Notes under the pieces: generated by a model | The model's input: the letters and a program-made list of their open reading frames with translations, nothing else | What the model was told of the DNA's origin: nothing | Database searches by the model: none | Shown: positions 7,242-16,730 of the stretch, piece by piece | Position numbering within the stretch: position 1 is the first letter of the stretch | Layout: each line of letters starts with the position of its first letter | Source: Acidimicrobiia bacterium | GTDB taxonomy: Bacteria; Actinomycetota; Acidimicrobiia; IMCC26256; JAGPDB01 | Assembly: GCA_035329685.1 (NCBI GenBank) | Contig: DAOLGI010000001.1 | Location: 33,824-74,238, forward strand | Reading direction: 5' to 3' | Length of the DNA stretch: 40,415 nucleotides | Made by a program: the position numbers and the translations under genes

Positions 7242-7697
7242 ATGGGAACCTATCAACCAAAGGCAAGCGATATTGTCCGCGAATGGCACGTCATCGATGC
7301 AAAAGATCTTGTTCTTGGACATGTCTCAACTCAAGCTGCCCACCTTCTTCGTGGAAAGCATAAGCCCACATGGGTTCCTCACATGGACGTGGGCGACAAT
7401 GTCATCATCATTAATGCTGCTCTTCTCGACATTTCTATCCGCAAATCAAACGACAAGAACTACTATTTCCACTCGGGTTACCCAGGCGGTTTACGTAGCG
7501 CAACCTTGGGTGAAATGATGGTCAAGAATCCTGCGAAAGTCTTGGAACTGTCAATTTCTGGAATGCTTCCTCATGGTCGTTTAGGTCGAGCAATGATAAA
7601 GAAGCTCCATGTCTATGCAGGGGATACTCATCCTCACGAAGCACAACAACCAAAACCATTTGTTATTTCTTCGAAAAAAGAAACCGCAAACGCATAA
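7242..7697 (+). CDS. rplM: 50S ribosomal protein L13
   Basis: Starts MGTYQPKASDIVREWHVIDA. ATG 7242 has a GAAGAGGA Shine-Dalgarno sequence upstream. The ORF-track start at 7176 was rejected. Confidence 0.95.
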   Translation: MGTYQPKASDIVREWHVIDAKDLVLGHVSTQAAHLLRGKHKPTWVPHMDVGDNVIIINAALLDISIRKSNDKNYYFHSGYPGGLRSATLGEMMVKNPAKVLELSISGMLPHGRLGRAMIKKLHVYAGDTHPHEAQQPKPFVISSKKETANA

Positions 7698-7730
7698 TCC
7701 CCACTAACGAAAAATACTAAGAGGTACCTC

Positions 7731-8129
7731 GTGGCAAACGCAAAACCATTGATTCAAGCAACTGGACGTCGAAAGAGTGCAGTGGCTCGTGTTCGGGTCC
7801 GTCCCGGTAAGGGCACGATCACTGTGAACAAAACTCCCATCGAGCAGTACCTAAATAGTGATCTCCTTGTGCGCCATGCGACAGAAGCTCTTCGTGTATC
7901 TAACACGAATGAGGTATATGACGTTGATGCAACAGTTCACGGTGGCGGAGTTGCTGGTCAAGCGGGTGCTCTTCGGTTGGGAATTGCTCGTGCAGTTGTG
8001 GGACTCGATCTCGATCAACGTGGTGCACTCAAGAGTGCAGGTCTGCTTTCTCGCGATGCGCGTGAAGTTGAGCGTAAGAAATATGGTTTGAAGAAAGCTC
8101 GTAAAGCTTCTCAATTCTCTAAACGCTAG
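7731..8129 (+). CDS. rpsI: 30S ribosomal protein S9
   Basis: GTG start, 132 aa, containing GRRKSAVARVRVRPG and ending KKARKASQFSKR. Confidence 0.95.
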   Translation: MANAKPLIQATGRRKSAVARVRVRPGKGTITVNKTPIEQYLNSDLLVRHATEALRVSNTNEVYDVDATVHGGGVAGQAGALRLGIARAVVGLDLDQRGALKSAGLLSRDAREVERKKYGLKKARKASQFSKR

Positions 8130-8130
8130 T

Positions 8131-8226
8131 GTTAACGAACTGGTAGCTCCATGGGGAGGGTCCGGCCGTGGAAAGGTTGTGACCTTTGTAGGTCACTTTT
8201 CCTTACTTTCCAAGGCCAGACCCTAA
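8131..8226 (-). repeat. Rep-C unit with shortened tail, between rpsI and glmM
   Basis: The minus strand reads TTAGGGTCTGGCCTTGGAAAG..GTGACCTACAAAGGTCAC..CTTTCCACGGCCGGACCCTCCCC-ATGGAGCTAC-CAGTTCGTTAAC. Confidence 0.8.
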
Positions 8227-8262
8227 CTTCGCTGGTCCTCCCGTGACGTTGAAAGGTTTTTT

Positions 8263-9615
8263 GTGAACACACGTCCACAGTTTGGAACCGATGGTGTTCG
8301 AGGGACGTTTGATGAATCGCTAACGCCCGAGTTTGTTTACCTATTGGGTTTAGCAATTGCGCAGGTCATGTCTAACGTGGAATTCGTTGTTGGCCGCGAT
8401 ACGAGGATGTCAGGGCCAGTCCTGCGCGATGCTTTGATCTCAGGACTTTTATCTGGTGGCGCACACGCCACTGATATTGGCATCATTACAACACCAGGAA
8501 TTGCTAGTAATGCATATGTTAATAATGTCGCTGCCTGTGCAATAACTGCGAGCCACAATCCGGCTTCAGACAACGGAATCAAGGTGTTCGGTGTCGGGGG
8601 AGTCAAGATTGATTCCCAGATTGAAGCCGCGATTGAACGAACGGTTACTCACTTGATAGAAGCTGGTCAACCTGTGGAGATCATGCCTGTGGCGGAAGTG
8701 GGTGAACAGGCAACGACAGCCTATAAAACTTATAAAGAATTTCTTATCAATAAAACAGACGGCAGCGATCTTTCTGGTTTACGAATAGTTCTCGATTGCG
8801 CAAACGGAGCATCTTTCCTCATGGCTCCTGAAATCTTTTCTCAGTACGGTGCGGAAGTTATAGCAATCAATACAGAATCCGACGGAATGCATATTAATGA
8901 ACGATGTGGTGCGACGCATTTAGAATCCATATGCGAATCGGTTGTTTCAAACAATGCAGATATCGGTTTTGCTTTTGATGGTGACGCCGATAGGGTCATG
9001 GTTGTTGATAATCGAGGTGTGGTTCGCAACGGCGATTACATTTTGGCTTTATTCGCGATCTATCTGAAAAATCAATCGTTGTTGAAAAATGATCTTGTTG
9101 TTGCTACTGCGATGAGTAATGGCGGTTTAGGCTCGTTTCTCAAAACTAATTCCATCGAACTTCTCGAAACTCCTGTTGGAGACAAGTACGTACTTGCGGA
9201 AATGATTGAAAGTGAAGCAACTCTGGGTGGAGAGCAGTCAGGCCATATTATTCGTGCCGATAAAACTATGTGGGGTGACGGAATACTCAATGCGCTACTT
9301 GTGAGTTCCATTTTTGCTGAGCGCTACCGTACTGAGCCCGCTGTTACTTCTTTCGAATTATTCGATCTTTTTACTCCGATGGTTCAATTACATGATCAAA
9401 TAAAAGTGATTCATAAAGAATCTGCCCAGGATAATCAAGAAATTCTTCATGCCATTGAGCAGGAGCGTGCACTGCTTGGCCAGGAATCACGAATAATTAT
9501 CAGACCGTCTGGAACTGAGGACGTTGTTCGTATTACTGTGGAGGGCTTGATCGAAAAAGCTGCACAAGAGTCAATGGATCGATTGACAAAAGTTATTAGC
9601 AAAGTTTGCGGGTAG
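8263..9615 (+). CDS. glmM: Phosphoglucosamine mutase
   Basis: 450 aa containing FGTDGVRG, the active-site TASHNP, DGDADR and GEQSGH. It sits after rplM and rpsI. Confidence 0.95.
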   Translation: MNTRPQFGTDGVRGTFDESLTPEFVYLLGLAIAQVMSNVEFVVGRDTRMSGPVLRDALISGLLSGGAHATDIGIITTPGIASNAYVNNVAACAITASHNPASDNGIKVFGVGGVKIDSQIEAAIERTVTHLIEAGQPVEIMPVAEVGEQATTAYKTYKEFLINKTDGSDLSGLRIVLDCANGASFLMAPEIFSQYGAEVIAINTESDGMHINERCGATHLESICESVVSNNADIGFAFDGDADRVMVVDNRGVVRNGDYILALFAIYLKNQSLLKNDLVVATAMSNGGLGSFLKTNSIELLETPVGDKYVLAEMIESEATLGGEQSGHIIRADKTMWGDGILNALLVSSIFAERYRTEPAVTSFELFDLFTPMVQLHDQIKVIHKESAQDNQEILHAIEQERALLGQESRIIIRPSGTEDVVRITVEGLIEKAAQESMDRLTKVISKVCG

Positions 9616-9619
9616 ACGT

Positions 9620-12600
9620 ATGTGTGGAATCGTTGCCTTCGTTCGTAAACCTACCACTCTCCAACCGGCTGATCTTTCTGATCTGATCGGTGTTCTTGCC
9701 GGCATTGACAAAGAGAGCAATGAAGCATTATTGAATGTTGACAATGATGCATTGTCTACACGTGCAGAGCAATGTATCAGCGTCGGTGGCATCATTACTC
9801 TTGTGAGAGACCCTGTTCTTCGCAAAGAACTGAGCGAACACTCTGATGGTCTGCGTGCTCACGTCGACGATTCTTTGGCTGAAAATATTGACCTTTCTGA
9901 AAACGACAAAGAACACTTGATCGCGCTCAATGATTCATTGTGGAGAATGAGTAAGGATGCTTGTGTAGGCGCACAACAAATTGCAGATCTGATCGGAGAC
10001 ACTTCGAGTTCAAGCGACAATGTGATAACTATCTATAGATCGATCAATCTTGTTCTCCGTAGTATCGATCGTATCGAGGTACGTGGCCGCGATAGTGCTG
10101 GTATCAGCATCTGTCTTACTTCGTTCTCCGATAAACAGCCTGCGTATTTCACATATAGGCGCGCTGCGGAAATTGGAGAACTCGGCGATAACGTAAAAGA
10201 TCTCCGCCGACAGATTTCACAAGACAGAGTTCTTTATGAGGCGATTTCGACTGAGGAAACATGTCACGAAATGGTTCTTGCGCATACACGCTGGGCATCT
10301 ATGGGTGTCATCAGTGACAGCAATACGCACCCGCTTGACTCTTCGGAGATCAATATTGACTCTTCGGTTATTGCATTAGGCGCTCTTAACGGTGACATTG
10401 ATAACCATCAAACGTTTCGTAGTGAATGCTCGATCGATCCTTCGGTAACAACAGATGCCAAACTCATTCCTGTTTTACTCACGCATGAACGAGAGCAGAA
10501 TCCTAAACGTAGTGTGCTTGATTCATTCCGTAATGTTGTGACTAGATTCGAAGGTTCTACCGCAATTGCAGCCGTTACTTCAGACGACCCGTCCAAGCTC
10601 TTGTTAGCTCTGCGCGGTGGAGGTCAGGGCCTCTTTATTGGTTTAGGCGACGATGAATTTATGATTGCGAGTGAACCCTATGGCGTAGTTGAAGTCTCGG
10701 ATCAATATATTCGTGTGGATGGGGAAACGCCATATGATGATAATCCCGATCGTAAAGTTTCTTCCCGAGGTCAGATATTTGCTTTAGATGAAAATTCCGC
10801 CGGCACCTTAGACGGTCTTACGCGAATTGCGTACGATGGAAAAGTATTACCATTGCTGGATTCTGAAATAGTCATTAGTGAAGTCACGACGCGAGATATC
10901 GACAGGGGAGACTATCGGCACTATCTCTGGAAAGAAATTAACGAAGCTCCTCGGAGTTTTGCGACGACTCTTGCTGGAAAGTTTGATCCAACGCATACGT
11001 CTCCCGTTATATCGAACGACATTTTTCCTGATGACTTGGAAAACAAAATTTCTAATGGTTCTATAACTGAAATCTTGATAATCGGCCAGGGAACTGCAGC
11101 AGTTGCAGGTCTTGCTTGTGCACACTTCTTTTCTGCAATAAAAAGTGAACTCACCGTGCGCGCAATATTAGCAACAGAAGTTTCCGGCTTCGGCCTACGA
11201 GACAACATGAAAGATGTTCTTGTCATTGCAGTATCTCAATCGGGAACAACAACAGATACCAATCGTACGGTAGATTTATTGCGTGATCGAGGCGCGAGTG
11301 TTATTGCAATAGTCAATCGTCGCGGTAGTGATCTCACAACAAAAGCCGATGGAGTTTGTTATACCAGTAGCGGTCGTGATGTGGAAATGTCCGTGGCATC
11401 CACAAAAGCCTTTTACGCACAGGTGGCTGCAGGTGCATACTTGGCTATGTCTATTGAGTACATTCGATCACACAAGAGACCATTTGATTCAGGAACGGTT
11501 TCCATTATTTCTCACCTGATCGATTTGCCTGGCAAAATGCGAAAAATCCTGAGCGATGAATCACATCAAAAGATCGCTGACACTGCATATCGCACAATCC
11601 TTTCGCGGCGTTCCTGGGCTACTGTGGGCAATGGAGCTAACTCGATTGCTGCCCGTGAAATCCGAATTAAATCTTCAGAATTATGTTACAAAGCGATTGC
11701 CTTAGATTCCACTGAAGACAAGAAACATATCGATCTTTCATCTGAACCACTCATCGTTGTCTGCGCGACAGGGATGCAGGGTTCTACCGCTGATGATGTT
11801 GCTAAAGAAATAGCCATCTATCGCGCACACAAGGCTTGTCCCATTGTCATCACGGATGATAAGAGTGAGCGATTTGATGAAAGCGGAGAAGTCATTCACG
11901 TTCCGGAATCACATCCGGCCGTGAGCTTTATCCTCGCTGCAGTAGCAGGACATATTTTTGGTTATGAATCAGCTCGTGCAATCGATGAAACGGCGCGAAC
12001 ATTGCGCGAAGCACGCGGGGCGCTTGCGCTTCTTACACCTGAAGAACTTGAATCTTCATCGGCGATGGCCAAGATTAGAAACATACTTCTCGAACCAGCG
12101 AATCATTTTTTTGCACGAATGAACAACAACGAATTCGATGCAATCCTTGATGCCAGTGATGCAACCAACCTCACGAAACTTTATATCGCTCTTACGAGTA
12201 ACCCTGCGCGGCCAGATCTTCTTCAAGAAAACTGCGGAGGTCTCAAGACCGAGCAAGCTCTCGCTAATTGTGCTGTATCTATCTTGACACGCTGTATCGA
12301 TCAGCTCACACGCCCTATCGATGCGATCCGTCATCAAGCAAAGACGGTGACTGTGGGAATATCACGCTCGGACGATACACTTCTTCGCTCGCCATCCGTT
12401 TCGTATCTTCTTGATGCGGGTGTCGGTCGTGATCTCTTGCAGTACACGGTGATTCGTACGCTTTCTGCGCTCGATGAAATGATCGGTTCGATTACTGGTC
12501 ATACCCGCTACCAAATTCAAGGTGATGCCGGGTCAGGTGAAGCAACACTTTCTATTATTGAGCAAAAGGGGAGTGCGGCCTCGCTTACTTCACGAGTGAC

Positions 12601-12937
12601 GAGCAATCCGCTTCTTCGAGGCACCAAGAGCCTCACTGCTCGTGAGCAGACCGTGTGGGTAGCGCAAGGGAAAAGCGATGGTCGCAATGTCATACTTGTT
12701 CCCGAGATTTCCCGCTCTCAAACCATTGGCCTTACTCTTCTTCATATCGATGTGGATGAATCGATTTCGGTCGCTGCTCGTAAACGAGTTCTTGAAGGAT
12801 ATAAACAACGACTTTTTGCACTGCGGGATGCAGTAACGGAAGTTCAAGATACATTTGACGAAAATAGGCTAGGCGAAATTTCTATTATGGAGCTATTGAC
12901 TGACCCTGTTGTCGTACTAGCGCAGCGCTGGTTGTAG
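9620..12937 (+). CDS. Glutamine--fructose-6-phosphate aminotransferase homolog, greatly expanded (1105 aa)
   Basis: N-terminal MCGIV (Ntn Cys), then RGRDSAGI, HTRWAS, LNGDIDN and two SIS motifs (SQSGTTTDT, VASTKAF). A GlmS-type C-tail motif, AKTVTVG, lies at 12338-12358. It occupies the glmS synteny slot after glmM but is about 1.8 times the canonical length. Confidence 0.7.
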   Translation: MCGIVAFVRKPTTLQPADLSDLIGVLAGIDKESNEALLNVDNDALSTRAEQCISVGGIITLVRDPVLRKELSEHSDGLRAHVDDSLAENIDLSENDKEHLIALNDSLWRMSKDACVGAQQIADLIGDTSSSSDNVITIYRSINLVLRSIDRIEVRGRDSAGISICLTSFSDKQPAYFTYRRAAEIGELGDNVKDLRRQISQDRVLYEAISTEETCHEMVLAHTRWASMGVISDSNTHPLDSSEINIDSSVIALGALNGDIDNHQTFRSECSIDPSVTTDAKLIPVLLTHEREQNPKRSVLDSFRNVVTRFEGSTAIAAVTSDDPSKLLLALRGGGQGLFIGLGDDEFMIASEPYGVVEVSDQYIRVDGETPYDDNPDRKVSSRGQIFALDENSAGTLDGLTRIAYDGKVLPLLDSEIVISEVTTRDIDRGDYRHYLWKEINEAPRSFATTLAGKFDPTHTSPVISNDIFPDDLENKISNGSITEILIIGQGTAAVAGLACAHFFSAIKSELTVRAILATEVSGFGLRDNMKDVLVIAVSQSGTTTDTNRTVDLLRDRGASVIAIVNRRGSDLTTKADGVCYTSSGRDVEMSVASTKAFYAQVAAGAYLAMSIEYIRSHKRPFDSGTVSIISHLIDLPGKMRKILSDESHQKIADTAYRTILSRRSWATVGNGANSIAAREIRIKSSELCYKAIALDSTEDKKHIDLSSEPLIVVCATGMQGSTADDVAKEIAIYRAHKACPIVITDDKSERFDESGEVIHVPESHPAVSFILAAVAGHIFGYESARAIDETARTLREARGALALLTPEELESSSAMAKIRNILLEPANHFFARMNNNEFDAILDASDATNLTKLYIALTSNPARPDLLQENCGGLKTEQALANCAVSILTRCIDQLTRPIDAIRHQAKTVTVGISRSDDTLLRSPSVSYLLDAGVGRDLLQYTVIRTLSALDEMIGSITGHTRYQIQGDAGSGEATLSIIEQKGSAASLTSRVTSNPLLRGTKSLTAREQTVWVAQGKSDGRNVILVPEISRSQTIGLTLLHIDVDESISVAARKRVLEGYKQRLFALRDAVTEVQDTFDENRLGEISIMELLTDPVVVLAQRWL

Positions 12938-12939
12938 CA

Positions 12940-13332
12940 ATGATTGTGGGTGTGGGAATAGATATTGTTGACATCGCTCGCATGCGTTTGGCCGTCGAGC
13001 GCTCGCCAAAAATCATCGATAAAATTCTTACGGAACAAGAACAAAAAGAATTAGACGTTTTTTGTGACGGGAAAACAACATCTAATGATGTGAGATTTAT
13101 TGAATCATTATCTGCACGCTTTGCAGCTAAAGAAGCAACGGTTAAATCTCTGGGTCTTTCACTATTTACAGTGGGTCTCCATTCGATCGAGATTAAAAAA
13201 AATAATGATGTTCCTTATATTGATTTTCCAACACATAGAACATTTACTAAACGAAGACTTTCATTTACATGTTCGCTCACTCACTCTGGTACCACTGCCG
13301 CTGCTGTTGTGATTGCAGAATACAACGACTGA
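12940..13332 (+). CDS. acpS: Holo-[acyl-carrier-protein] synthase
   Basis: 130 aa starting MIVGVGIDIVDIARM and containing FAAKEATVKS. Confidence 0.85.
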   Translation: MIVGVGIDIVDIARMRLAVERSPKIIDKILTEQEQKELDVFCDGKTTSNDVRFIESLSARFAAKEATVKSLGLSLFTVGLHSIEIKKNNDVPYIDFPTHRTFTKRRLSFTCSLTHSGTTAAAVVIAEYND

Positions 13333-13337
13333 GCCGC

Positions 13338-13406
13338 TTTTATTGTCGAACCGCAGGCAAAGCCCGACGGTTCTCGCGGTCGCTCCTCCGATCGCTCCCT
13401 GTGATT
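13338..13406 (+). repeat. Rep-B copy 5 nt after the acpS stop
   Basis: TTTATTGTCGAACCGCAGGCAAAGCCCGACGGTTCTCGCGGTCGCTCCTCCGATCGCTCCCTGTGATT. Confidence 0.9.
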
Positions 13407-13460
13407 GCAGGGCCAGGCTCTGGTTGTGGAAAACTTCTTTGCAGGGTCAGACCCTGCAAA
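13407..13460 (+). repeat. Rep-C-related hairpin without tail; its right arm is a perfect 23-nt palindrome
   Basis: GCAGGGCCAGGCTCTGG-TTGTGGAAAACTTCTTT-GCAGGGTCAGACCCTGC. TTTGCAGGGTCAGACCCTGCAAA (13438-13460) is self-complementary. Confidence 0.7.
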
Positions 13461-13480
13461 ATAACAAGTGGAGGTAGAGA

Positions 13481-14611
13481 ATGAACAGTCAAGAGGATGT
13501 GAATCAATATCGACCTTCTGTTATTTCTATCAGCTTTGATGCGCTCGAGCACAATATCCGTACAATAAAAGAGCTTGTAAAACCCGCACTGCTTGCCATC
13601 CCAATTAAAGCAAATGCCTATGGTCATGGAATCCTTCCTCTTGCACGAAAATTATCTGACCTTGATGTGGATATGTTCTGTGTAGCAACAGTCGAAGAGG
13701 CTTTGTTGCTTCGGGAAAATGGAATTACCACATCAATCTTCCTTTTGAGTGAGCCTCCTCGTGATGCTATTGAACCTTGCTATCAAGCAGATGTCACATT
13801 TACTGTTTATACTACTGGCACGATCGATATGCTTGCATCCGTAGCAACCTCAAACAAACCTGCCCATGTGCATTTAAAAGTTGACACCGGAATGAATCGT
13901 GTCGGAATGGAACCGCAAGACACTCTCGATTTTATTCAACGAATCATTGGCCACAAAACGCTTTTTTTCGAAGGTCTCTATACACACTTCGCGACGGCGG
14001 AAGATGCAGAGCATCCACTTTGTGATATCCAACTTGAACGATTTGAACATGTTCTCGAAGTTGTCGAGTCTGCAGGTTTAACTCCACCTCTGATTCACGC
14101 TGCTAATTCGGGAGCAGCGTTGCGGCTTGCGACAACGCGTTTTTCTATGGTGAGAGTCGGACTTTCAACATATGGTGTATATCCGCATCCCAGTTACGCA
14201 GAACTTATTGATCTTCGATTAGTCCTTTCACTCACAACAAAAATTTCCTTTGTGAAAAATGCATATGTGGGAGAAACAATTTCATATGGTGCCCGATATG
14301 AGGTAAAGAAAGATACGCGTATCGCAACTCTTCCGTTGGGCTATGGCGATGGAGTTCCTCGTAATCTGGGGTTGCTCGGCGGGAGCGTTATTGTTCAGGG
14401 TTCGCGTTGCCCAGTTGTTGGAGCAGTCACTATGGATCAAATGATGATTGATGTGGGTGACCTTCCCGTTTCTGTAGGTGACAAAGTGACGCTTTTAGGA
14501 ACAGATGGCGATATCACGATTTCGCCTGTGGAATGGGCTGATCTTCTTGGAACCATTTCATATGAAATCTTGTGTGCCTTGGGCGAAAGGCTTGATCGCT
14601 CTTACGACTAA
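13481..14611 (+). CDS. alr: Alanine racemase
   Basis: 376 aa with PLP-lysine motif IKANAYGHG and YGDGVPR. It sits at the actinobacterial alr position, although an alpha/beta hydrolase gene and a family-4 UDG gene separate it from tsaE here. Confidence 0.9.
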   Translation: MNSQEDVNQYRPSVISISFDALEHNIRTIKELVKPALLAIPIKANAYGHGILPLARKLSDLDVDMFCVATVEEALLLRENGITTSIFLLSEPPRDAIEPCYQADVTFTVYTTGTIDMLASVATSNKPAHVHLKVDTGMNRVGMEPQDTLDFIQRIIGHKTLFFEGLYTHFATAEDAEHPLCDIQLERFEHVLEVVESAGLTPPLIHAANSGAALRLATTRFSMVRVGLSTYGVYPHPSYAELIDLRLVLSLTTKISFVKNAYVGETISYGARYEVKKDTRIATLPLGYGDGVPRNLGLLGGSVIVQGSRCPVVGAVTMDQMMIDVGDLPVSVGDKVTLLGTDGDITISPVEWADLLGTISYEILCALGERLDRSYD

Positions 14612-14625
14612 AATCTTCTTTCACT

Positions 14626-15603
14626 ATGGCAAACAACCCCTTTAAAGCAGTCGGTATTATTGCTGGTGCTGCCCTTGGTGTTGCTTCCGCAGCATATGGT
14701 GCTCAGAAAATCATTGTTCGAACACTTGCCAATACTTCCGTCGATTTCGAATTCTCTGTCGCGGAACAATTTGTCCTGACTACGAGTGACGGAACTCGTC
14801 TTGTTCTTTATCGCGATGGACCTCGAGATAAAACAAAGCCAACGATACTTTTTCTTCATGGGTATGCGCTGTGTTCACCGATTTGGGCACACCAATTCGA
14901 TCTGTTGCGAGATACACATGATGTTATAGCAATGGACTTGCGCGGACACGGCGCTTCAAGTGTTGGGGAAGACGGGATTACTCTCGCTGCTTTCGCTGAC
15001 GATGTCTACGAGACTATGAACCAACTAGAGCTCGAAGATGTAGTTCTTGTAGGCCACTCCACCGGTGGTGTGATGGCGATGTCGTATCTGAATAGATATG
15101 CCGAACATGCATCTCATCATGTTCGAGGGCTGTGTCTTGTTTCAACATTGGCACATCCGCCGTATCATCATATGGAGAACATCTCCGAAGCATTGGCAAA
15201 GTTTTCGCTCACAGGACATGCATTTCACTTTCTCTCAGACATTCCCCTCATCGGGTTTCCTTTGGCACGCTATGCCCTGGGTAACAAAGCTTCGAACGCA
15301 GTTGTGGAATTTGTTCGTCGCTGTATTGTGTCAACTGACCGCGATGTGTGTATAAAAGTTTTACAGATGCTTGCCGAGTTTAATTTTCTCTCTACGTTGG
15401 AACAGTTCGTTGCACCGTCAGCAGTTATTGTGGGAACTTCAGACCCGGTGACACCGCTCAGTGATGCCGAAAAAGTTGCGCGGGCGCTTGGCACTACAGA
15501 GATAATCATCAATGGTGTTGGGCATTGCCCCATGCTGGAAAGTCCTGACGAATTCAATACGGCACTAATCGAATTTCTTGACAAAACAGGCGAGTTTTTA
15601 TAA
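14626..15603 (+). CDS. Alpha/beta-fold hydrolase with N-terminal membrane anchor
   Basis: 325 aa with a hydrophobic N-terminus (AVGIIAGAALGVASAAYGA), HG oxyanion motif (FLHGY), nucleophile elbow GHSTGG and a distal GHCPM. Confidence 0.75.
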   Translation: MANNPFKAVGIIAGAALGVASAAYGAQKIIVRTLANTSVDFEFSVAEQFVLTTSDGTRLVLYRDGPRDKTKPTILFLHGYALCSPIWAHQFDLLRDTHDVIAMDLRGHGASSVGEDGITLAAFADDVYETMNQLELEDVVLVGHSTGGVMAMSYLNRYAEHASHHVRGLCLVSTLAHPPYHHMENISEALAKFSLTGHAFHFLSDIPLIGFPLARYALGNKASNAVVEFVRRCIVSTDRDVCIKVLQMLAEFNFLSTLEQFVAPSAVIVGTSDPVTPLSDAEKVARALGTTEIIINGVGHCPMLESPDEFNTALIEFLDKTGEFL

Positions 15604-16211
15604 TGGTTCCTGTGCGCATAGAAACACCTCCGGGCTTTGGGACTGATTTTGATAGAACATATACCTCGTATGACGAGATGACTGCAGATGCATTGACGTG
15701 TACACGTTGCGATCTTTGTCAGTCTCGAACGCATGTCGTACTCTGCGATGGAGTGCTTACAGCTCGTGTGATGGTGGTGGGGGAAGCGCCCGGTGCGACT
15801 GAAGATGAGATGGGTAAGCCTTTTGTTGGAAGATCTGGACAATTACTTATTCGTCTTTTCGAGGAAATCGGTATTTCTCGAGAAGATATTTACATTGCTA
15901 ATGTTTTGAAATGTCGTCCTCCCGAAAATAGGGATCCTTTGCCTATTGAAATCAAAGAGTGCAGAGCTTTTCTTGAATCCCAGATTGCTTTTGTGGCACC
16001 ACAAGTAATTGTTCCTGTAGGAAACTTTGCAACACGATTTGTTCTCGATACAAAAGATGGCATTACCAAGTTGCGAGGTAAAGCATTTGTACGTGGCAAT
16101 AGTGCTGTGATTCCTACTGTCCATCCCGCCTATGTTTTGCGCAATGGACGGAGAGCAGAAGTTGATATGCGAGCAGATCTCGAGGTTGTTCGACAACTTC
16201 TCGAAGGATAG
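15603..16211 (+). CDS. Uracil-DNA glycosylase, family 4
   Basis: 202 aa containing GEAPGATEDEMGKPFVGRSGQLL and HPAYVLRN, with a Cys cluster (CTRCDLC) for 4Fe-4S. Confidence 0.85.
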   Translation: MVPVRIETPPGFGTDFDRTYTSYDEMTADALTCTRCDLCQSRTHVVLCDGVLTARVMVVGEAPGATEDEMGKPFVGRSGQLLIRLFEEIGISREDIYIANVLKCRPPENRDPLPIEIKECRAFLESQIAFVAPQVIVPVGNFATRFVLDTKDGITKLRGKAFVRGNSAVIPTVHPAYVLRNGRRAEVDMRADLEVVRQLLEG

Positions 16212-16730
16212 TTGACGGAAGTGATTTTTAGACGGGACAATGTTTCCCGAGAGAACATGTCTGAAATGGCTGCTGACTTAGGCGCATTTCTTTGTGGAGG
16301 CGATGTCGTCATCCTCATTGGTGACATCGGCGCAGGTAAAACTACTCTGGTTGCTGAAATGGCTCCTCTCCTTGGCGCGCATGTTCAGGTGACATCTCCT
16401 ACCTTCGCGATTGTCGCGGAGTATGAATTGGCTAATGAATATCAAGGGATCAAGAAAATTATTCACGTCGATACCTATCGTCTTGTCGGAGTCAACGAGC
16501 TTTACGATCTTGGTTTTGAAACAATCTTTGCTCCTCATGCTTTGACGATGATTGAATGGGGTGAACGTATCGAAGAGTATATTGATCGAAATCATTTTCG
16601 TCTCATTATTGAAGAACAAACGCCTGACACGCGTTCGTTTGTTTTCGAAGTCGTTGGCAATTTAGATAAAGAGAGAAGTTCGCTTCTCGAAAATCGCTTA
16701 CTCGAGAGTGGTTGGTATCAAAATGTCTAA
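16212..16730 (+). CDS. tsaE: tRNA t6A37 biosynthesis ATPase TsaE
   Basis: P-loop GDIGAGKTTLV and SPTFAIV. It sits in the tsaE-tsaB-rimI-tsaD cluster. The start (TTG 16212) is uncertain; ATG 16257 is an alternative. Confidence 0.85.
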   Translation: MTEVIFRRDNVSRENMSEMAADLGAFLCGGDVVILIGDIGAGKTTLVAEMAPLLGAHVQVTSPTFAIVAEYELANEYQGIKKIIHVDTYRLVGVNELYDLGFETIFAPHALTMIEWGERIEEYIDRNHFRLIIEEQTPDTRSFVFEVVGNLDKERSSLLENRLLESGWYQNV

